A stretch of DNA of 64,000 nt from Planctomycetota bacterium (GTDB taxonomy: Bacteria > Planctomycetota > SZUA-567 > H5-PLA8): positions 96,001 through 160,000 of the forward strand of contig JBBRPR010000005.1 of NCBI GenBank assembly GCA_038227875.1, given 5' to 3'. Below are positions 58,323-64,000 of the stretch, piece after piece (position 1 is the first letter of the stretch; the number at the start of each line of letters is the position of its first letter). A program made the position numbers and the translations under genes. Below the pieces are notes generated by a model. It made no database searches, was not told where the DNA came from, and saw only the letters and a program-made list of their open reading frames with translations.

Positions 58323-59531
58323 ATGCTCTCCGCGCGGGCATATTCACTTCGCATGCAGGTCATGCTCGCCATCTCACTGTCGTGGGTTGGCGGCTTTACC
58401 AACGTCCTGACCTTTTTGTGCTGCGACAAGGCATTCACCTCCCACATGACAGGTAATTCGACGAACTTCGGCCGCGCGCTGGCGGAAGGCTCGTGGTCTG
58501 AATTTGGATTTTACGGCGCGATTCTCATGTCCTTCTTTTTTGGCGCTGCCATCTCCGCGGCCTTGACCGAAGGCGGCCGGCAGCTGGGCCATCGTTCGAA
58601 TTACATTCTGCCGCTGGGCGTCGAAGCGTTGCTGCTGATCGGCATGATGGCGATCCACCAGTTTCTGCGCAGCAATACGTTTGCGATCGACTTCGGCATG
58701 CCGCTGATCGGCGCGTTTGCGATGGGAATCCAGAACGCGACGATCACCAAGATTTCCGGCAGCGTCGTGCGCACCACGCACGTCACCGGCGTGATGACCG
58801 ACCTGGGCCTGGAAGGCATGCAGTACGTGCTGTGGTGCTGGCGGCAGGCGCGCGGATTTCAGATCAACCGCACGCGCCGAATCTTGCGCGTATCGCAACG
58901 CCATCCGACCGCGCAGCGCCTGATGGTGCTGTACGCAATCTACCTGTCGTTCGTTGGCGGCGTGATCGGCGCGACGCTCGCGTTTCCGCGCACCAGTTCG
59001 TGGGCGCTGATCGTTCCGGTGTTGTTCCTCTGCTACCTGATCCGGGTCGATTGGCGCCGGCCGATCGCGGACATCCGCGAACTGGATCCGATGAGCGACC
59101 CGGAGCTGCGCATGCACGGGCTGCTGCACTCCCTGCTGCCGCGGGAGCTGGCGCTCTTCCGGCTTTCGCATCTTCACGACGATCCGAATCATCCGACGCC
59201 GAATTACCATTTGTGGATCGAACGCATCCCCGCGGAAAAAACCGTGGTAATCCTGGCCTTTTCGCCGCTGATGAAAATCAAATCGCGCTCGATCGAGGAC
59301 CTTGAGCTGGTCGCCAAACGCCTGCGCGATACGGGCCGGTCGCTGATCGTGGCGGGCCTGACGCCGATTCAATACCGCATTCTCGACCGGCGCGGTTTCA
59401 TTCAGACGATCGGCATCGAGTCGGTGCATCCCGACCTGGAATTTGCGATCGCGCATGCGTCGGCGCTGATCCGCGAGCGGAGCGTCGAACGCGTGCGCGC
59501 GGACGCGGCGCCGGAACTGGCGCGGTCATAA
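58323..59531 (+). CDS. DUF1275 (YoaK-like) membrane protein fused to a C-terminal STAS-like domain
   Basis: FTSHMTGNST, AMGIQNA and RTTHVTGVMTDLG (DUF1275). The tail VVILAFS...LIVAGL...ILDRRGFIQTIG...DLEFAIAHA resembles the SulP STAS domain. Confidence 0.85.
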   Translation: MLSARAYSLRMQVMLAISLSWVGGFTNVLTFLCCDKAFTSHMTGNSTNFGRALAEGSWSEFGFYGAILMSFFFGAAISAALTEGGRQLGHRSNYILPLGVEALLLIGMMAIHQFLRSNTFAIDFGMPLIGAFAMGIQNATITKISGSVVRTTHVTGVMTDLGLEGMQYVLWCWRQARGFQINRTRRILRVSQRHPTAQRLMVLYAIYLSFVGGVIGATLAFPRTSSWALIVPVLFLCYLIRVDWRRPIADIRELDPMSDPELRMHGLLHSLLPRELALFRLSHLHDDPNHPTPNYHLWIERIPAEKTVVILAFSPLMKIKSRSIEDLELVAKRLRDTGRSLIVAGLTPIQYRILDRRGFIQTIGIESVHPDLEFAIAHASALIRERSVERVRADAAPELARS

Positions 59532-59537
59532 AAATCG

Positions 59538-59568
59538 TCCGGGGAGAAAGCAGGGCTTCCTCCCCGGA
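59538..59568. terminator. Hairpin between convergent genes
   Basis: TCCGGGGAG...CTCCCCGGA inverted repeat. Confidence 0.6.
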
Positions 59569-59571
59569 GTG

Positions 59572-60333
59572 TTAGTTCGCGCTGATGCGCTTCTGCACGT
59601 ATTCGGAATACTCTTCGCGCATGGGCAGTTCCTGGTCGCGCTTGATGCGGCGGCGCGTCGTGGTAACGGCTGCGCCGGTTTGCGGATTTAACGAGTCCTT
59701 CTGGTACTCTTCCCAATACAGCCCAATGCCGCGCTTCTGCCAGTTGGGGACGTCATTGAAGTTGAGCCCGTATTGAAAGAGCAGCTCGTTCTTCTCAGCG
59801 ACGGACATGCCATTGAGTTTCTCCGTCGCCGCGCGGACGCTCAGATTTTCCCTGCGCAGACGCCAGTAGCAGTGGGCGCTCAGCGCGTTGCGGTGCGCGT
59901 CTTCGTTGCGCCAGCGAAAGTAGTCCACGACCAGCGCTTCATTCGGGAACTGAGCGATGCGGCAGTCGAAGCACGCGTGGGCGCCAAGCAACAACGAAAA
60001 CGCGGCGCTGGCTTCACCGGCAAGAATGGAATCGTACTTCCGCAACTTGCGGCCGAAGCCCTCCTCCGCGGGGTGGAAGAGCAGCGAGATTTCGTCGCTC
60101 TGCGTGTAACCATAGATCACGCGAAAGCCGCAGTTCATCAAGTGCTCGGTGGTCTGCGCCATCATATCGCGCATACGCGCGTCGAAGGGGCTTTCGAACT
60201 GGTGGACTTCCTTGGTCAGCCGCGTGAAGCTGCGTCCGTCTATGCGCGCGACCATGTACATGCCGGGCAGGACGCAGACGTCGCCAGCCGTCTCATAGAC
60301 GCGCATTTTTGAATCCAGATCGTCAAATTTCAT
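59572..60333 (-). CDS. thg1: Thg1-like protein (tRNA-His guanylyltransferase family, 3'-5' polymerase)
   Basis: Catalytic carboxylate motifs VARIDGRSF and YTQSDEISL, plus FDCR, DYFRWR.EDAHRNAL and WQKRG. Start ATG 60333 with GGAGG RBS. Confidence 0.93.
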   Translation of the reverse strand: MKFDDLDSKMRVYETAGDVCVLPGMYMVARIDGRSFTRLTKEVHQFESPFDARMRDMMAQTTEHLMNCGFRVIYGYTQSDEISLLFHPAEEGFGRKLRKYDSILAGEASAAFSLLLGAHACFDCRIAQFPNEALVVDYFRWRNEDAHRNALSAHCYWRLRRENLSVRAATEKLNGMSVAEKNELLFQYGLNFNDVPNWQKRGIGLYWEEYQKDSLNPQTGAAVTTTRRRIKRDQELPMREEYSEYVQKRISAN

Positions 60334-60784
60334 GCCTCCACTCCTCAACGATAAACGTGTGTTCGTTTCCTTTTTGCCGTTCCATTCGGACGTAGTACAG
60401 CGTGTCGAAACCTTCACTCAGCGCCGGACGCGTCAGGCGGCCGTATACGCCAAGCACGCCTTTCTCGGGTACCTGCTGCTCCGGCGGGCGCATTGCGTTG
60501 CGCGCCAGACTCTCGTGAATTTTGGACTCGAAGTAATAGCCCACAACGCGAAAACCCGCCGGACGAGCCAGTGCGATGTACTTGGCGCGCTGCTCGGAAC
60601 TGACATTGGTGTTATCGATGACGAATGGTTGCTTAGCGCTGATGCAGGCGGCCAGCAACAGGTCCTCGCGATGCCGTGTGCGCAGCATGTCGAGGTTGAT
60701 GCGGATGTGCGTGTTGAAAAACCGCTCGGCAAAGAACGTGGACTTGCCCGTGGCTTGAATGCCAACGAAGAGGATTGCTTCCAT
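60323..60784 (-). CDS. AAA_33 / polynucleotide-kinase-like P-loop kinase
   Basis: Walker A GIQATGKS, DxxR (LDMLR), VIDNTN, lid RNAMR, P..SEGF; overlaps the thg1 start by 11 bp. Confidence 0.88.
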   Translation of the reverse strand: MEAILFVGIQATGKSTFFAERFFNTHIRINLDMLRTRHREDLLLAACISAKQPFVIDNTNVSSEQRAKYIALARPAGFRVVGYYFESKIHESLARNAMRPPEQQVPEKGVLGVYGRLTRPALSEGFDTLYYVRMERQKGNEHTFIVEEWRHEI

Positions 60785-60871
60785 GATAGTCGATCGCTTT
60801 ACTATTCATCGCGGTTCCATCCGTTCTCGGCACTAAACCACGCGAAAGTGCATTCGTCAATATCTGCAAAC

Positions 60872-60901
60872 GAAAACAGCGCGCAGATGCGCGCTGTTTT
60901 C
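60872..60901. terminator. Rho-independent terminator
   Basis: GAAAACAGCGCGCA-GA-TGCGCGCTGTTTTC downstream of the PhyH-like gene. Confidence 0.8.
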
Positions 60902-60924
60902 TAAAGAACATGTCGAGTCCTTTG

Positions 60925-61755
60925 CTACACGCGGGCCAATTCGGCAATGCGCTCGGGTTTGTTTTCCACGCGCGTCCACCAGTTGATGAGGTCGAACTTC
61001 GAGTCGCCGATCAGGGAGCGCCAGAGCTTGATGCGGTTCATGATCTCGCGGCGGGTTTCGTGGCCGTGCCAGGGGATATCTTCCTGGAGAATCCGGGCGA
61101 CGTCGGGGTGCTGCACGTCATCGGTGTTGAACAGGCGTTCCTGCTTGACTGACGCATTGAGGCGCAGCTTGAACATATAACGCATGCGATCGGTGAAATT
61201 CGAACGCGCGGCGTGCCAGATGTTGTGGTGCCAGAAGACCAGTGAGCCGGCGGGGCAGACGGTCTGGATCTGGCCGACGATATTCTGGTAGCGCATCAGT
61301 TTGAAAACGTGCGCGCGGCGGAAGTGGCTGCCGGGGACGAAGAGCGTGCCGCCCATGTCCGGGGTGACGGCGTGCGGGAAGAACGAGAGCTGGATGTCGA
61401 AGTGTTCAAAGCGGACATCGTACTCCGCGTCCTGATGGACGTTCTCTTCGCGCTGCGTGTGCGCCGGGACGGTGTGGATGGCGTGGTGATCGTAAAGCGG
61501 ATTCGGGCCGACGAGGCTTTCGATGATCCCTTGCACGCGCGGCAGCGTCAGCACTTTACTGATCGCCGACTGCGGAGCCCAGACGTCGCTCAGCGGGCGC
61601 ATGCGGTACTCGGAATGGCGCAGCGCTTCGGTGTTGAAATCGTTCATCACCGCTGCGCAGAGGTCCGGCGGCACGATGCTGTCGAAGCGCAGGTAACCGT
61701 CCGTGACGAAGCGGGCCATTTCGCGCGAATTCAACCTCAGGTCGTTAGTGGACAT
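60925..61755 (-). CDS. PhyH-family 2OG-Fe(II) dioxygenase
   Basis: FVTDGYL, VHQDA (HxD), MGGTLFVPGSH, FWHHNIWHAARSN; GGAGG RBS before ATG 61755. Confidence 0.85.
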   Translation of the reverse strand: MSTNDLRLNSREMARFVTDGYLRFDSIVPPDLCAAVMNDFNTEALRHSEYRMRPLSDVWAPQSAISKVLTLPRVQGIIESLVGPNPLYDHHAIHTVPAHTQREENVHQDAEYDVRFEHFDIQLSFFPHAVTPDMGGTLFVPGSHFRRAHVFKLMRYQNIVGQIQTVCPAGSLVFWHHNIWHAARSNFTDRMRYMFKLRLNASVKQERLFNTDDVQHPDVARILQEDIPWHGHETRREIMNRIKLWRSLIGDSKFDLINWWTRVENKPERIAELARV

Positions 61756-62068
61756 CGATCTCCTCCAGTTTTTCGAAGACGAATTCAAAGGGAAGGTACG
61801 AGAGTTCGTACTCCTGGCCGGGGTACGGCGGGCGCAGCGGTGGGTAGACGATCACGCGCCATCCGTCGAGCAACGCCGCCAGGCCATTGGGATAGGGCGG
61901 AACGGCGTTGCCGGACGCGGTGTACTTTTCCTTGCCGGTGCCGTCGTAAAAAGACCAGCCGGTGACGGCGGATTCCAGATTGGAATTGCCCAGGTAAAGC
62001 ACGAGCAGTTTCTGGCGGAGCGCACGGCGCGCCGGCTTGACTGGGGATTCGAGCGTGGATTGGGTCAT
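61745..62068 (-). CDS. Small hypothetical protein translationally coupled to the PhyH gene
   Basis: About 107 aa (RQKLLVLYL...WSFYDGT...PPY..GLAALLDGWRVI...EFVFEKL); AGGAG RBS; 11-bp overlap with the downstream gene. Confidence 0.75.
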   Translation of the reverse strand: MTQSTLESPVKPARRALRQKLLVLYLGNSNLESAVTGWSFYDGTGKEKYTASGNAVPPYPNGLAALLDGWRVIVYPPLRPPYPGQEYELSYLPFEFVFEKLEEIDVH

Positions 62069-62099
62069 GTCGTTTTGTCTCCTGGGGGACTTCAAAGAT

Positions 62100-62243
62100 A
62101 ACAGATGGGATCGGGGATGGGGCATTGGGTATCTGCTTTTTGGAAGGCGCGTCAGTGACGCTCACTTGAAGTGAGAAGACGTTCAAAGTCGGCTGCACAC
62201 GAACTGACCCATGCCCAATGCCTGATCCCCGATCCCATCTGTT
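62100..62243. repeat. 33-bp imperfect inverted repeat enclosing two short palindromes
   Basis: Arms 62100-62132 and 62211-62243 match at 30 of 33 positions. Internal palindromes are GCGTCA-G-TGACGC (62149-62161) and CTCACTT-G-AAGTGAG (62161-62175). Confidence 0.75.
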
Positions 62244-62334
62244 TGGAATGCAACCTAACTGACACAGGTCCCATTTCCTCTCCTCACTCTATTTCACGTT
62301 GCCAAAACCGTCCATATCGGGGAGAGTCCAGTTT

Positions 62335-63237
62335 ATGTCTAATCGGCTCATTCACGCACCGCACGCCTTTCGCCCCACGGAACAGATTTCGGCGCACATT
62401 GATTTTCTGCGCATGCGGTTGCTGGGGTTTGCACAGATGCGGCTGGCGTCGTGGGATGTCCGGCCGATGCTCAGTCCATTCTGGCGGTTGTATTGCAATC
62501 TCGACGATGGCGCAGTGGTGACATCCGACGCGCGGCGCATTCCATTGCGGGCGCGGCGCGTGTACCTGGTTCCGGCGTGGGTGTGGTGGAGCGGACAGTC
62601 GCGGCCGGGTGTGCGGCATATTTTTGCGCATTTTGATCTGCCGGGGATGACCTGTTCGCTCAGCCGCGCGGCGTTTCCGCTGCCGCTGCAGATCTATCCG
62701 CGACCTTCGGAACGGCGTGAACGCGCGGCGATCGATCTTGTCGCGCAATTTGAAGCGCTGGGCGCGGAGTTTCTGAAATCGGGGGTATTCGATCCGCATT
62801 TTATTTCATGGGCAAAGGGATTGATTTACTTTGCGCTGCGTGATGCGTTCGCGCAGGTCGAGCCGGAGATCCGCGCGCGCTGTTTGCAGCCAGGCACGGG
62901 CACGCATCCGCTGGTGCGCGTGTTGAATTTGATCGATACGAATCTGCATCAGGAATTGCAGAACGATGTGCTGGCCGACGCGGTGCCGTGCAGCCGCGCG
63001 CATCTGGTGCGGCTTTTCCGCGCGCTGCTGGGCGTGGCGCCGGCACGGTACATCACCGAACGTCGTATCAGCCGTGCGGCGGAGTTGCTCGTGTATGGCC
63101 ACGACAGCCTGGAGCAGATCGCCGAGGCGTGCGGCTTCCCCAACCGGCATTATTTTACGCGCGTGTTCACGCAGGTGCTGGGGACGTCGCCGGCGCGGTA
63201 TCGGAAAATCCTGTTGAACGCGGGGCGGACGCGATAG
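62335..63237 (+). CDS. AraC-family transcriptional regulator
   Basis: PFWRLY N-domain; HTH LEQIAEACGFPNRHYFTRVFTQVLGTSPARYR. Start taken at ATG 62335. Confidence 0.92.
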   Translation: MSNRLIHAPHAFRPTEQISAHIDFLRMRLLGFAQMRLASWDVRPMLSPFWRLYCNLDDGAVVTSDARRIPLRARRVYLVPAWVWWSGQSRPGVRHIFAHFDLPGMTCSLSRAAFPLPLQIYPRPSERRERAAIDLVAQFEALGAEFLKSGVFDPHFISWAKGLIYFALRDAFAQVEPEIRARCLQPGTGTHPLVRVLNLIDTNLHQELQNDVLADAVPCSRAHLVRLFRALLGVAPARYITERRISRAAELLVYGHDSLEQIAEACGFPNRHYFTRVFTQVLGTSPARYRKILLNAGRTR

Positions 63238-63246
63238 TTGGGAAAT

Positions 63247-63780
63247 TCAGTCTGCGGATTTTGCGCGGTGCGTGAGGAGTCGCTGGCAGAACATCGCTGC
63301 CAAGAAGGGCAGCATGAGTGAAAGAGAAATATTGGTGGCGAAGTGGTGCCAATAGCCATTCGAACCCGGAACTGGCTGTTCAGGCCAGCCACTGTAGCGC
63401 CAATCGCTGAAATCGAACGTGTTGCGATAAACATAGTATGCCGCGTAGGTCGAGAAGAGGAGCAAACTGAAAGGATGTACGCGTCGAATCGCAAATCCGA
63501 GCCCACGATATTTGGCACATTGATCACAAATAAATTTCACCAACCAAAGTAGCATGGTCCACGCGATAACGTCAAAAATGAGTGTTTGAGACCAGAAACG
63601 CCAAACTGGCTCTTTCATTCCGGACGCCAGGTAAAACGGCTCAGGCCAGCCGTATGCATCTCCTTCCTGTGATAAAAACAATTCGAATCGTTTTGAACAG
63701 TTCAGGCCCAGTATCGCGCCGACTACCATCATCAGCACAATGGCCGTCGAGAGCCGCAACTGAAAGCGCGGCGCGCTCAC
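63247..63780 (-). CDS. Hypothetical membrane protein (QLxLST...YGWP family)
   Basis: GTG 63780 overlaps the upstream TGA. PRFQLRLSTAIVLMMV...YGWP, then a second internal unit RRVH...YSGWP. Confidence 0.6.
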   Translation of the reverse strand: MSAPRFQLRLSTAIVLMMVVGAILGLNCSKRFELFLSQEGDAYGWPEPFYLASGMKEPVWRFWSQTLIFDVIAWTMLLWLVKFICDQCAKYRGLGFAIRRVHPFSLLLFSTYAAYYVYRNTFDFSDWRYSGWPEQPVPGSNGYWHHFATNISLSLMLPFLAAMFCQRLLTHRAKSAD

Positions 63781-63998
63781 GGCCGCACCGCGGCCCAGTC
63801 GCTGCTCTTCAATGCCACCGGCTGCAAGCCCGCGATGCGCTCGAAACTTTCGTGCGCGATTTTTTCCAGCGTCGGCTTGGGCAGGCGGAGCTGATGAATG
63901 AAACGGATGTGCGCGGCCAGTGATTCCCACAAGTACCAGATGCCCGCGTTGCCGCCGAGCACGCAGTCGGTGCCGAACATCAGGCGGTCGGCATACGT
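63777..63998 (-). CDS. C-terminal end of an amidohydrolase-family protein (5'-truncated at the window edge)
   Basis: The frame is open to the window end: YADRLMFGTDC...LEKIAHESFERI. Confidence 0.7.
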   Translation of the reverse strand, partial: TYADRLMFGTDCVLGGNAGIWYLWESLAAHIRFIHQLRLPKPTLEKIAHESFERIAGLQPVALKSSDWAAVRP

Positions 63999-64000
63999 GA

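Overview
A GC-rich bacterial window, probably from a PVC-superphylum or Planctomycetota-like organism. That assignment is inferred from gene content: a PQQ-like propeller, DUF6807, YfhO- and TMTC-like membrane glycosyltransferases, and tRNAs without an encoded CCA. It holds about 42 CDSs and two tRNAs (Lys-UUU, Arg-CCG). I found no rRNA, CRISPR array, integrase or transposase. Recognisable genes include a partial MqnD-like gene, a full-length 2893-aa cyclic beta-1,2-glucan synthase, an Old Yellow Enzyme, YhaM, an ArsR-SRPBCC pair, two PAS hybrid kinases, an MCP and a beta carbonic anhydrase. Three AraC regulators each sit divergently from an oxygenase-containing module. The most unusual items are: (1) a single ~1727-aa ORF fusing radical SAM, GT2, GT4, a GT41/OGT-like domain and a SEC-C motif; (2) an overlapping polynucleotide-kinase-like and Thg1-like 3'-5' polymerase pair, a candidate RNA 5'-end repair module; (3) an amidohydrolase-fold protein with dinuclear-oxygenase-type ligands next to a Rieske ferredoxin; (4) a DUF1275-STAS fusion; (5) a frameshifted polysaccharide deacetylase; and (6) several families of intergenic palindromes and heptamer repeats. 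All function calls come from motif recognition by eye; no database searches were run.
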